A stretch of 64,000 nucleotides of DNA from Orbicella franksi (Eukaryota): contig OZ116708.1 of the NCBI GenBank assembly GCA_964199315.1, positions 9,548,001 to 9,612,000 of the forward strand. Direction: 5' to 3'. The notes under the pieces are model-generated. The model saw only the letters and a list, made by a program, of their open reading frames with translations. It searched no databases and had not been told where the DNA came from. Below are positions 46,769 to 60,131 of this stretch, in pieces. The position numbers were made by a program, and so were the translations under genes. Numbering within the stretch: the first letter of the stretch is position 1; every line of letters starts with the position of its first letter.

Positions 46769-49237
46769 TGGCGTTTACTTAGTTTGTTTTTTCACATGTT
46801 CTGTGTTATACACCAATGTAAAATGCTACCTGTCCAGTGGTCCCTCCTTCGCTTGGTCCATCGTGCATGACACGCAAGAAAACCACCAGAAAAAAATGGC
46901 CATTTATTCCTCCCACTGCCAGTTTTCCTTGCAGTTTATTTACAGTCTCACTCAATGGACCAGGCAAAAGAGGGACTACTCGTAGTCTACCCGCATGATG
47001 GATACAGAAAGAAAACAAAGGTTGCTGTTAATTCAATGTGCAAAGATTATAGTAATGGAGCTTGTAGATTTTTTTTGGTCAGGGTATTGTATTCTATCTG
47101 TCACTTGCCCAATGGGAAGTGAATTTTTTGGGGGTAAAATTTGATAAATTTCAAATTACAGATTGAAGTGCTCTAAGAGTACTCTAATTACTTACTGATG
47201 ATCTAATATTCACTTAGTATACTCTAATTCTAGTTCTTTTATAATTCATTCCACTACACTGAGTGAAAGTCAATTCTGTGCATTTTAGGACAATTTTCTA
47301 TACAATTAATTATTGAATGTGTTCAGTACTGTTGTAACATAGATTGTAAAACAATTTGTAAAATAAGATCTAATTTGCCAGATGCATTATAGAAGAAAAT
47401 TTTGAAATTAGAATTATCAAGACTTGATAATTCTAATTTCAAAATTTGAAAGGGAAAGTAACAGTTTAGTTATGAATTTACATGTAATTCGATGTCAAGT
47501 AATTATTAAAAATGGGTTATAATTTATGCAGATTGGTAGACAGAATTTAACCATACATGAAGCGTTGTAGAAAAGTGGGAACATACAGTGCATGCTACCA
47601 GCATTGTTTGTATAATGTAGGAGGAATGTTAGGGTAGAAAATGTTAAAATCCAGGCCTGATTGATCGGCTGAAGATAAGTCATAGACAAGTTGTGATCTT
47701 TGAAGGAACTAAATAATACTATTAATCATATCTATAGCAAAATTCTCGATTGTGATTGGTTCTCCGCACGCCTATTTGTCACGTGGGTTCACGATCACGG
47801 GGGTGTCCAGTTACAATTATCTGATTTCGGCTTCTTGTAATTGCATACCTTCGCTATTCGCACGTCAATTACGTGAGCTTCAGTGGCTTCCTTCATGTTC
47901 CCTATAGTTTTGACAATTTATGGAAAACATTACTGACTTTTTGCTGTAAAGAAGTTCTCAAAAGACTTTTTTAATCTTGAAATTTGTTATTGATACGATT
48001 AATTAGTAACTGGACCTCGTGACGTACAGTTTAGGGGGGGCTAATCGTGCTGGTAAATTTAAATCGGCCTTGCACTGCGCGTTCGTCCGATTTTGAAATT
48101 ACTCGCCCAATTACTCCCTGTATTGTACTCCACTCGGTCCAGTTACTAATAGCCTCAGTCAAAAGGCCATTTTGCGAATGCAAATATTTCCTAGTTCCAT
48201 TCCCTCGTGGGGGCAAGAAGTGATCACTCGGCCAAAAATGGCCTCATTTAATTAGATCAAATTTTGCCCCCACAAGGGACTGGAGCTAGCATTAGCAAAA
48301 TGGTGTATTCATATCTAGTCTACCTGTAAATGTGCTTGTAATTTCAAATGTGCTTGTAATTTCAAATCGGCCTCGTGCTTCGCGCTCGTCCGATTTTGAA
48401 ATTACTCGCGCGATTACTCCCTGAATTGTACTCCACTCCGTCCAATCACTATTACTAATAATTGTTTATATGAAACAAACAGAATCTATTAGGGTTATGA
48501 ATAAAGCTCTAAAAATTGCATATCTAAATTTCATCTTGCTCTGACTATCCCAATAAAGTTGAATAGAACGTTAATCGGCTCGTGTGGTGTTTTTTCGCCT
48601 TCCTGGGCCGTCTGAAGCGTTTTTTTACGAAAGTACTGGCCGGATACCGGTCAGACGTGAGACAGAGTGGTCTACCCTTGCTGTATTTCGGGTCCAAATT
48701 CGCAGCTGAATGTTTTCCAATCCATCAAGTTGTAGCATGACATTTCAGGGTCTTAGTTTATGATCTGACTAGCTCCATACGAATGTGAAAAGCTCTGAAA
48801 GTTTACCATCCAATGCAAGCAACTTAGTACAAACTCCAACAATTATTCAAAGTAAATTTGCTTTACGAAAGCCAACGGGTTATTTCGTTGCCATGGTCTC
48901 TCTTCTCGGCCTGTCTCTCGCTCCAGGGGGCGGGAAGAAGAGAGATGTCGTGTTTATCAACAGCAAACGCATCGCCTTGTTATCACAAATATCTTAATTT
49001 TGAGTCAAATCGAGAATAACTAGTGGAATAAATGAACGACTTAGGCGGTAATGTCTATTTGCATTCAGTTAAAAAATGAAAAACAAAAACAAATAAAAAT
49101 GCGGTTAAATATTTGTGCAAATGTTCTAATGAAATAAGACAATGCCTTGGTTGAATAAATTGATGCCTAACTCGTCCAAAGTAAATTTTATTGTTTTCTT
49201 AATTTGTCTCTTAGCACATATCATTGACGCATGCGTG

Positions 49238-52200
49238 CTAGTGGATTTTTCTTGTGCCGACTGGCTCGTCCCAGGCCTTCCTGCAATGGTTTATAATCCA
49301 GTTGTGTTCTTTTTCATCTATGAAACAACAAATACGGCGTTCTAATTTTCATTTACCCGACGAATTATAGCTATTAACTTTCATTAGCTTAGATTACTTT
49401 TATATGAGAATAAGCGGAACTGAGAAAAGACTTTGTCTTGTTTTTGAAGTGCTTTCTATAAGTCTTCCCAATCTGATCTTTAGATTACTTCTCATATTGC
49501 AGTTTTGCAGTTTTCTGATCAACCATGAAAAAATCAAGAACAATTCACAAAATTTCCGCTCTTTCTGTTAGCCGAAATAACGCCAAGGTTACCTCGTTTA
49601 CACCAGCTAATGGTAACAAGACACAGGTAAATACTTTGAAACGGCTGCAAGTCTGGAGTCTGCACTAGTTTAACCATCGGTATGTGGTGAATGGGTTGGA
49701 TACTGGATCGAGCGGTTCAGGCTCGAAGCGCTGTCGGGGGACATTGAATTGTAGTCTTGGGCAAGAAACGTCTTTTCCTCTCTTCACCTTGGCTCGTTTA
49801 CCAGCTGCTGTTCGGGAAAGGAACCCCTTCCTCTCGGAGAAAAACTCCGGGAACCGAACCCGCGAGAGCGGTGATAACCGAGCCCAATTTTCACCCAGGA
49901 GTGCAGATTGCACTGCCGGTGAGTTCTCAGTTGCTTAATGATATGGTATTTGGTCGTTTAGTCTTCAAGTCGATCAATCAATCAATCAGTCAATCAATCA
50001 ACCGCTCAGCCTCCAACCAGAAAGTCGAAAACACTGTCTATTTCTCATCAAAGGGGGCTAATGGATTGGGGGCTTACCGACCAGCATGGCTAGGGCTAAT
50101 CGACTTCTTGGGGGCGAAACGATCAAAGCAAAAACCGCTCCGGCAATGAAGCGGCACATCTGCTTTCTTTGAGGATTGGAACATATTCTTTACCTATGCT
50201 TTCTCATGCAGCGCGTTTCAACTTACCAGTGTTGCGTAAAAAGACGAAGTCATAGTTAGCAACCTTCCTTGTGACAGGGTCATAAAACCCATCACCACAG
50301 TCGTACATTCCTTCCGGTATGGTCTGAGGTGGATCCTGATTGGTCAGTTGAGATCGACCTTGTAACAAAGAAACTCCTTTAAATGATTTGCTGTATTTTT
50401 GAGGGGTTCCCAGGGATTTGGGGGGACGAGGGAACACAGACCAGTTATCTCAAGGGAACATGGGATATTTTTGGGATTAATTTGAGGGAACAAGGGATAT
50501 CTCTACTAATAAAGGGAACTTTGACAAAACCTTTTAGAGAACATGCAATGGAATTTATCAATAGGGAACAAGGGAGAAAAGATAAAATTTCAAGGGATCA
50601 AGGGAAAAATCTACCTCACCCTTCCCACCTACCCCCTCCCCGTACCCACCCCCCCCCCCTCCGTCGCCCTCGCTCTATATTTTGGGGCTCTTGTGAATTC
50701 ATTTCCAGCTCTATAAAGACGTCTGAATTTGAACCAGAACGTCGCAAATGCCCTGCTTTTGCCTGTCGATATTTCACGCAGTCGAAAGCAAGAGACCGGA
50801 AATCAGTCTACGTTCGCATACTTACTAACTCAGTACCGTGAAAGTCGAAACCATTGCACGCAACGACTGATCCGGGGGAGGCAAATTCTAGCCTCATTCC
50901 CCGGACCCTGGGAACGAGGTTAAAACAAAATCAAGTTCTGTAGAGTTACGTCATCAGTATGGACATATACTGGTCAAATGTCAGAACTGAGGGGGAGGGT
51001 GGAGGGAAGCGTTTTGTTTTTTCGCTGTAATATGGACCGGTTGCTAAAAAAGGCGATGTATTGCAGATTAGAAGAGTAAATTTAATGAGATTAAACTACC
51101 AGCCGGTTTTATTCCATTTTCATCCTCAGATTTGAAAACTCTGTCGACGTCGCCATCGCAGTAATTCCAGATGTCCATTTCCATTCGAAGCCCGTCTGCA
51201 AATTCAAAGTATCCCTACGGAGGGAAAAAAAAAGTTCATAACTTACGTAAAAACACGTCACAAAGATCCCTTATCTTATTGTTAATTTAAAAGTTGCTTA
51301 TCGGTGGAGAGAAAAATTCTCACATTCCGAGTAAAAACAAATACTGGTAAACAAATGATCTCATTTATCATTGGCCGTTGATCTTTGGCACTATGTTCTA
51401 TCTCAACAATAGCAAACGTAAGTTTCCACAATTCCGAAAGTGTTAATAACTATGTTCTATCTCAGCAATATCAAACGTAAGTGTCCACAATTCTAATAGC
51501 TGTTTCCTTCAGTAATCTGTCCTTTTATGTTCATTCAAACGAGATGGGAGTTAACTTTCTAATTTTTTTTTTTTTTTTAGCAACTTCTTGGCATTCTAGT
51601 GAGCGACTTTCCAGCATTTAAAGAGCACAATATGGACAGGCCTAAACGGAATTGCTTTTCGTGGAACATTAGGGTAAAAAATAAAATCGACCCACGCCAG
51701 CAGAGCTTTAAGAGTTCCCTTAAAAAGCATCTCGTTTATACTTTTATATGAAAACTGCCCATCCAGATACTTACTTCAACTGCCTTGCCTTTTTCAAATT
51801 TTCCGATGTAGTTTACGCCTCCTGGGAACTTTAACTTTCCTTCCCCTTGAAACCTGACAAAATAAGCGTATAAAAAATTGTGCTTTATGCAAAATATCAA
51901 ATAATACTTTATGTATTCCGTTGTTAATTTTTATTATTATTCTATGACTAAGAAAATTACTTTATTGTAATTGGATGAGAGCAGGCCAATTTAATTATCG
52001 TTCATTCTTAATTATGAGTATTTGTATGAAAGCTCGAACAATTGAGAATTTACACTACTCGTAATATTTAGGAATTCTTCCAAATTTTACTCGTCTAAAG
52101 GCTAGTGTCATTTTGGAAGAATATGCAAATATCCCTCGTGGTCAGTAATTTCTTGTTCTTATTACTTTTTGAACAATCAGCCCTTGATCTTATTTTTTAT

Positions 52201-54002
52201 TTTCCAGCATGATTTTGAATCACACAAATTAAAATTAACAAAATTTGTGTTCCCAATAGATGGAAACAAACTTTCACTGTGTTACACAACAGCAGCAAAT
52301 GTAGCTGTGAACGTATGACGTCCTTGTTTTTATCACGTGGTATCAAGAAACGACCAAAGTGGGCACACCTAAGTTCTGGCTAAATCAGCTAAGTTGGGTT
52401 GCCATGATCCACAGCATGAGGTGACAAGGAGTTTTGGTATTCTCCCGGCATTCATGTCATGCTCAGTCCATTGCAGGACACCCCCGATTTTTTATTTATT
52501 TATTTTTGGGGGGGGGGGGGCGGGGAGAAGCAAGTCTTCTTGCCTTTTTTCTGTCAAAAAGTAGAAATCTGAAGGAGAGAGAGAAATAAACTGAAAAAAT
52601 AAGCGAAAAAGCCATATCACCATACAATGCAGTTTGTTCTTTCTTCCATTGACAGAGAGCCCAGCACGTGACCTGTAACTAACTGTCTAAAAATAATGGT
52701 CTGCTCGTGCGAAGTACCGTCTAATCAAATGGGTTTTGCTGCAAATAATATTCTGCTCATGCGTAATTGAAACCACGCTCTTGCGTGAAAAATGGTAGTT
52801 TGCTTCCCTGAGCTGCCAGAGAGTGATTTAAAAATGAAAACAAACATGGTGATCGAATAACAAAACAATTATTGAACTTGGTTATTGCAAAATGTCTCGC
52901 AGATCAATTATTTGCCAAAGCCGAAGGCTGCTCGCCACTGGCAAATCACGATATTTTGCTCAACCTCGTCCAATATAATTGTTAATTATTGGACAACTTA
53001 CATGCCATCTTGAAAGCCACCGTGGTATTCGCTCGCAAAGTAGCTTGGGAAGGTATAAATGGCGTCCGGGTCATCCATTCTGTTTTGAAAAACAAATCAC
53101 ATTTATTAACGTGCATAAGAAGACACGGCAAAACGTATTTCTTATAAAAAGAATAAGGTGGTATCCCTTTGAAAATAGGTGATATGTTGCAATAGTTTTC
53201 TGTCTCTAATGTTGGACCTCATCTTCTCTTGACCTTATATATTATATTAAACACCGAAGGCTAGCAAAAATGATTAACAACGCAGTATGTTGCAACATAA
53301 CAACACGTACTGATTAAGGACACGATCTATTTTGTAAACAGCTACTGCAAGAAAACGCCTTTGGTCTCATCCAGAAATACTATGTTATTAGACGTTTTCT
53401 TGAAAATAGCTTGGCAAATTTGTGAGTGATAATTTGCAATATTTCACAGTTTACGTTAAAAATAATTTATATTACGTGCTGATGGAATAAGATGTTCTTG
53501 TGAATAACAGAGAAGAGAGGAGGAACCATGAAAGAAAGAAAAGGCGATCCCCCACAGAGGAGGTTGTAAATGGGGTGGTGAATTTTACGGCTAACGGTTA
53601 ACGCATTTTAGCTTTTACGGCTAACGGTTAATTTATTTTACTTACGTTTCACAGAAATTGTAAAAACTAATTACCATTGTTTTGACAAGTTTTGACAATA
53701 GATCTCGAGACTTTCACTTTCGTGGCTAAAAGTGTTTCACGGTAAATATTTCATTACGGATAATGGTTGAAATTTTCTGGTGTTTTCCCCAAACGGCTAA
53801 ATTTTTGGCCCGTTTTACGGCGAACGGTTAACCAAACTGAGATCCTCATCCAAAAATAGTTTTCAAAGTCATAATTCATCTATCACAACAAGTTTTGGTT
53901 CCCTAATTGGATGTTTTAGCAATGAAAAAACATTTTTGCGTATATTTTCCCCTACCTTCCATTCAGTTCACATCCCTCGTAACTTGTGCCCATACACTGC
54001 AT
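49238..54002 (-). CDS. MORN5: MORN repeat-containing protein 5, about 176 aa, 6 coding exons
   Basis: Exons 53956-54002 ([16 protein letters not shown]), 53002-53079, 51775-51853 ([12 protein letters not shown]), 51100-51214 (GYFEFADGL...WNYCDG), 50227-50358 ([11 protein letters not shown]...[13 protein letters not shown]) and 49238-49317 ([16 protein letters not shown]). All are GT-AG and in phase; the motifs match MORN5 as I know it. Confidence 0.9.
49684..49930 (+). mobile_element. Degenerate tRNA-derived SINE remnant (similar remnants at about 31620-31870 and 39230-39400)
   Basis: Decayed A/B-box-like head (TGG...GGTTCAGGCTCGA), then gggacattg...cttgggcaag and a tcacccagg tail. No cloverleaf can be formed. 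Confidence 0.45.
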
Positions 54003-55866
54003 TTTTCTGATTTTGATTTCCAACAGACCAAAAATATAACCAAGACAAGTTTAATCGTTATTCATAGTTCATAAATTCTCTGTTATGTCATAACGACTTC
54101 ATCTGCTGTAATTAAGTTCTCTGCGCGCGCTAAAGCAAAAGGAACGACATTCTAAAGGGAAAAAAAAAATGGAATTTCTTATTCTGAGCTCGGCTTTCAG
54201 TAACTTTATTGAATAAACTCGGGCTGTGCGGTAAAACTGAGTGCTTATTCTCCTATGAGACTGCTTTCACCACTGCTCGTCAGCATTAACTTGAGTGCTT
54301 TTTAACAAAGCGTGTTACGTCTCATTCACATCAACTAAACTACAATAGTTTACATGTAACTAAATCAGATTTAAATAAGTTTGCTAATTTGCTAATTAAG
54401 CTTTGCAGTCATTTTAAGAAGACAAATTTCAAACCCCTTTGCTAACATTTTTATCTTGTTAAATTGTCGGGTTTGCACGGTATATACGAGCAACTAGATT
54501 TTAACCTTGTTTTGTTGAAACACTTTTAATCAGGTTTAACATGGGGTATAAAAATGTCCTTTTAGAAAGTTTACGCTTAATCCGGTATTTTTAATTTTTC
54601 TTTTTAAAACTCGATCGATAGAAAATATTTAGGGCGTTTTCTTAGAGTCTTGTGAAATTAAATATTACAAGACCACATTATTTTTAGATTAGATCTTGAC
54701 AATATATTGTTGACAATTGTTTTGCAATTATGGTCGACTACACGAGGGTTTCTTTAATATTCACACTAAGCAGTTATGAAGTCACACCATTTATTTCACT
54801 CAATTCATTTCGTTTTTCGCTCTACACGTTTCAAATATAAGATCTACGAAACGCATAATTTATCTGGATTATGATTTAGGCCAGATGTATTTTAAAAAAA
54901 ACACGACCATTTTTAAAGTAATTATGGTCAAATCAATTAGCTATGTAAAGTCGGTTTGCATCAAGAGCAAAGTGTAACACCCTCAGGCTAATTTAATTTA
55001 AAACTTAATAAAGATCCAGGGGGGTATACGTATTCCTAGAAAAAATAGATGGGGGTGTGCGGCCCGCTTCGCAAAACGCTTACCCCATTTACAACCAAAA
55101 TCTGAGATTTTTCCTACCCTATTTATGACCTGACCAAAAATTCGATAGCCTGTTTAGGACCTGACCTTTCAATCAAACACTATTTCAGACCTCCCTTATG
55201 ATGAGTTCCCTAGTTCAGACCGATGTTAAAGGCACTGTGAAGGGCTTTTGTTGATGGTTTTATCGATAATGATAAAAAAGTAGCTTCCTCTAACAAGCAT
55301 AGCCGATTCAAGACTAGAGTGCAAAAACCATACCCTATTTGAGAGCAAAATGGCTAAACTCCTTGCCCTATTTCTGATCAAAACGGCTGAAAAACCATAC
55401 GCTCTGGGGCCGCACATACCGTGAAATAGCCCATGTAAGGGATAGTCTCCCCCCCGATAAAGATTGAACAGCGTCTTCACTGTTGCATGATTTATCAGCC
55501 ACACAAACGAAGCAAAGCATGATGCGGATACATCGTACAACAGCTTTACAACAGCTTTGTGTCAGCTTTCATCTGTGTATGCGCCTCGCTGGGGCATATT
55601 TAAGACCACAAGTCCCTCTCGTTAAACCAAAACCGGCCAGCCAAGTCTATAAAAACGTCCGTTCTATCTGATGACTCATTTTACTGTTTTTCATTCAAGT
55701 GCATTGTGTCAGTATACATTTATGAATAAACAATTTCTTTGATCCAAGATCTTGTTCCAACATGAACCGAATGTGGCTTAATAATGCTCAGTGAAGTTCA
55801 GTTTCTCTGTCGAGTGACAGAACTTGAAGCGAGACACACTACTGACAAGAGACGTAAATTCTAACC

Positions 55867-57654
55867 ATGAAGCTCTGTCTGATGTTCTTATCCGTTGCCT
55901 TTCTTGGCGCGATGGCCGCGAGACTCCCACAGAACGATCAAAAGGGGTCTGGCCATAAAACAGGTACGTTTGCTTGCATTGTGTATTATTTTTTTTGTTT
56001 GTTCGCCGCGATTCCTGATAGATCTCGTTCTGCTAACAGCCAAATTCGGTAGGCAAAACGATGAAAAGGGAACTCGGCGGCTGAAAACCGAGCGAATTAT
56101 TATTGCAAAATAAACTCACCGCCGACCGACCATACCGGGCGCTAACGCTTCTTTGAAGGCACGAGACAGTTTGCTATACGAAGAAAGAGTAGTTTCAACG
56201 CTGGTTGCACAGTGCTTTAACAGTCAAAATAAACATCGTTTAGAAGAATTTCTTCATTGAGACGCGTAGGATCCGGACATACTTACTTTCCTGTACATGG
56301 CTAATTGCCTGAAATACAGCTCGCTAACTGTGTACAATGCGCTTCAGCTCGTTCAACTAAGGTTTGTACCACCGAATGCTTCTCTCAGCAACTTTAGTCT
56401 TTCGCCAGATAATTATAAGGCGTCCTAATGATACTGAATGCCTCTGAGTGTGCTTCGCAACTTGTACGTTAATTAATTGTTTCGCTTTAGTGAGTTTTCA
56501 TCAGTTTTGAACACATGAGTTTTTCAGTGTTTATTTTTGAGTTTCAAGTTAATTGCCACAACCTCAGAGACGAAAAATCTCACGTTTATCTTACAATACT
56601 GGACAGTTTGCAATTTACAACATTATAAGAAACGTTGTGGTTAGAGTTAGAAACAGGAAAATGAGATGAGGGACAAATTGGCAACTCACATGCAATGCAC
56701 TAGATTAAGTCTATAAGAATGAAACTACATGAAACTACTTGCATTAACTAGAGGTATTAGCTTAGTTAGCATTTACTTACATGTTCAGGTTTCAAGGTCG
56801 AGCTTCCAAACACGAAAATTTAAAAGGAATTTTTGAAAGTGATCTTGCGATTTTTTCCACCATCTTATACCATTTCATTCAGTTACCTCAGTCATTGGCC
56901 TTAGAATGGCAAATTAAAAACTCCTATCGAAATTTATCGTTAAGTCCCTGTTTAGCTCAATCAAAAACGAGCTCTTCGGCCCCTGCTTTCACTTGCAAGT
57001 TTTTAAAATAATCTGACACAACTTACGTGCTTAGAATTATTTTATTGTACGAAAGTCAATGTAAATGTATCTACGCAGATTAAATGTCATAGCTTACTAA
57101 AACAGGCTTGTGGCGAATGAGTTACTGCTAGTCCTAACTTAATCTAGTGTAAACCTGAAAATCGTTATATTTATGATGATTTTTTTCCTTCAGATCGTTG
57201 GCGCAAACTGAATTCCGGACCAGTGTGTTTTGGCGCGAGAGATAACCAGTTTGGCAGGTTTTATATTCCGCCTGGTGGTGGCAACGTGGGCGCTCTAAAA
57301 CTGGTGCACCTGTACGGGTACCTGTCCTGTGACACTCGATATAAAATCCACTGGTCTTACTGGGGCTGTGCTCACCATGGGGGCATTAAAGAGAAGATTT
57401 CCGTTGCCATAACAACCTCGAGTAATCACATCATTCTGCCAGCGAGTCAGCTAGTCCCAGATTCCAGTCTATGGACGACAATTCCTGGGTACGACTCACA
57501 ATCTCCAGAGATTATCCTGTCGTTTTTCAGCCACCCTCGTTCGATGACTTCCGGTGAAGAGTTACGCTTGTGGTACGGTGAAGATCTCGCGAGTCACACC
57601 GAGGGAGATAACGGAGGGCGAGTCTGCTGCGATGTCTACGCTCTCTTCATCTAA
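55867..57654 (+). CDS. Small secreted protein (about 185 aa) with a Cys/Trp-containing domain of unknown function, 2 exons
   Basis: Exon 55867-55963 encodes a signal peptide (MKLCLMFLSVAFLGAMAA) and ends at ACAG|GTACG. Exon 57194-57654 (ttccttcag acceptor, phase 1) encodes VCFGARDNQFG...KLVHLYGYLSC...WGC...RLWYGEDL..HTEGDNGGRVCCDVYALFI. Confidence 0.8.
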
Positions 57655-60131
57655 GGGAGCCTTGAAAACAAGTTCATTTTTATTATTTCTTGGTTTCAGT
57701 ATTTTCGCTTTGTTCATTTTTAACTGGTTAATAAGAAGTGACTTTGAAGAATTAAGCTGACTTTTGTCCACATTAGAAAATGCTTCATTAGATTGTAAGC
57801 TAAAATGTACAAGCACCTAGAGTCTGTGGATTAAGGGGATGTTTTGTTTAATCAATAAATAACTGCACGAGATATCAACTGAGTTCCGCTTGATTTACTT
57901 TCACCACGCGCATATGCCTGTATGGCTATTTACACCTGCACATTAAATCTTGGATGGCGTTTTACAGTTGACAATTTTTTCGAGCAGCCTAATCTGTTTT
58001 ACTGAAATTTCACGGATCAAATTTCTTAAGTCAACGGTCAGTTTTGATTGAGGAGAACATTCGTTCGATTTCAAATTTGTAGTGTCGACTTGGCCCATGA
58101 AAAGTATCGAATGTAAACAGGCAGTTTACACCTCGCACAACTGTCCGTTTTGGATATCAACCGCATTCTGACGTAGCTAATGAAAAAAAAAATGTGAAAA
58201 CGTCCATTTCTAGACTTTAAACATAATCAACACCGAACTTTTCACGGCTGGCAGAAAGGATATGAAGAGCAAAAGCTAGTAAGAGCAAAACGGGCGAGAA
58301 AAAGAAAAGGAAAAGGGCAAGAAAAAAATCGTATCAGGCCAACAAAAAAACCAAAGGTCCAAAACAACCGAGTTAACGGTAAAAAACAGCATTTTTTGAG
58401 GAAATTTGCCAGTTAAAAGAGTTTTAAAAAAGTAGTAAGTCTGTAGTTTTCTTTGTGTTAAATTGACTTTTATTATATGAACTGCGGTGTTTTACAAGGA
58501 TTTCCAGCACTAAGAGAAACCGTAATTTTACACGTAAAATTACGATTATTTTTCACTGTGATGATATTGCTCGATGACATAATGTTCATGTCTCTCTATA
58601 CTTAAAGTTGTTGGTGTATGATCGAAAAATCCTCGGATCCTCCTGACGCAATCTTTGATTATTTTCGGAAATCTCCGGAAACTTTCCGAAAATGTTCGGT
58701 AAATTTCGTGCGGCCTTCGGAAAACTTTTGGGGAATCTTCGGAAAATCGTCAAAAACGTCGTAGTATGTTTATAAATAAACAAAATAATACATGGTTGCT
58801 TGTAGATGCAAGAGCCATAATCGATTACGGCTCCTGGTAGATGTGAATTGTAGATTGTGAAATGTAAAGTCTTTTATTTATTATTTATTATTAAATTTCT
58901 TTTCTCATGTTCAACTTTATATAACGAGTACAACACTAAAAAGAAATTCCATATCTACGCGCGCCCATGTATTACTTTCTATTTTACTTATGGACTCACA
59001 ATTTCAAAGTTAAAGCAAAAGATTATGATCCAAGAAAACATATCCCCGCGCGCTCGGTCCCATGATCTTGGAGCCGCGAGACAACGTCCAACGGTCAACG
59101 CGTCGAGTCCATCTAAACCCGAAATTGAAAATCCAACGGGTTAAAAGGAAAAGAAAATACGTTTGTATTGAGCTACCGAACTGTTTGCATTGCGAAATGT
59201 CTTTTTGGACATCATTTTCAAAGCGCTGGTCGGGAAAATTATTATTCTTTTACTTCTGCGAAGTTGAAATAACAGTCGTGTCATTCCCTGCATGAATGAT
59301 TAACACAAAGCGCCAAGAGTTTTATTCTAACCTGCTCGAAAGTCGTTTCTCGGAAAGTACTGAACGGATTGAAGCCAAAAACATCTCTCTCAAAAGGTAT
59401 TTCAAAGCGCAGGACAGCTAAAATATTTGTTCCCCGTTTGTTAGAACTTTCGCTTCGAAAATCCCGGAGCAAATTTTTGAGTATATTTGATTTCGAAAGC
59501 GCAGTGTAATATTTACTAGAGTGTACAAGTCCCCGGCAAAGGAAGCTGCTTTTCCGGAACTACCGTAACCGTCTTGAATTGAATCGAGAGAGGTCTCTCA
59601 TGGAAAGCATTTTCAAAGCGCTGGGCAGGAAAATTATCTTCTATGCGTTTATCCTAAATTTACTTAGAAACTAAGTCTTGACATTTCTCTTGATGACTGA
59701 TTCATGCTGGGTGCCATGGCTGCATTCCAATCCCCCCACACCATTGCCCCCTCGGCCACTTCACTCCCCGCCAGTTCCATCTCGGCCCTTCCAGGCGCAG
59801 TCAGACCCTTCCAGCCCGAGCCTGTTAACAGGCTACTCCAGAAGTAGCAAGGTTTAATACAGAGTGGTCGTATAATTAAACCAAGTATCATTCCCACACT
59901 TTGTTGTCAACTGTATTCTAGAATATTTGCCGGAAATGTAAAAATAGAACCATAAAATTACTGCGAGCAAGGTCTTCGTCAATAGACAAAGTAATTTTTG
60001 ACTGATTATTTTTCACTGGCAGCTAACAACTGCCGATGCAAATGACGAGGCGAAGTGTTAACTTTGCAAACGTCATGACCGTATATTGAGTTTGCCATTA
60101 TAATCACGATTGTGACTCTAAGTTATCAATC

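Noticed and set aside
49684-49760. Possible tRNA gene
   Set aside because: Only decayed A/B-box-like motifs are present, there is no cloverleaf, and it continues into a SINE-like body.
59664-59897. GC-rich island with short ORFs on both strands
   Set aside because: No splice context or recognisable domain. It may be a retroelement scrap, but I cannot support a call.
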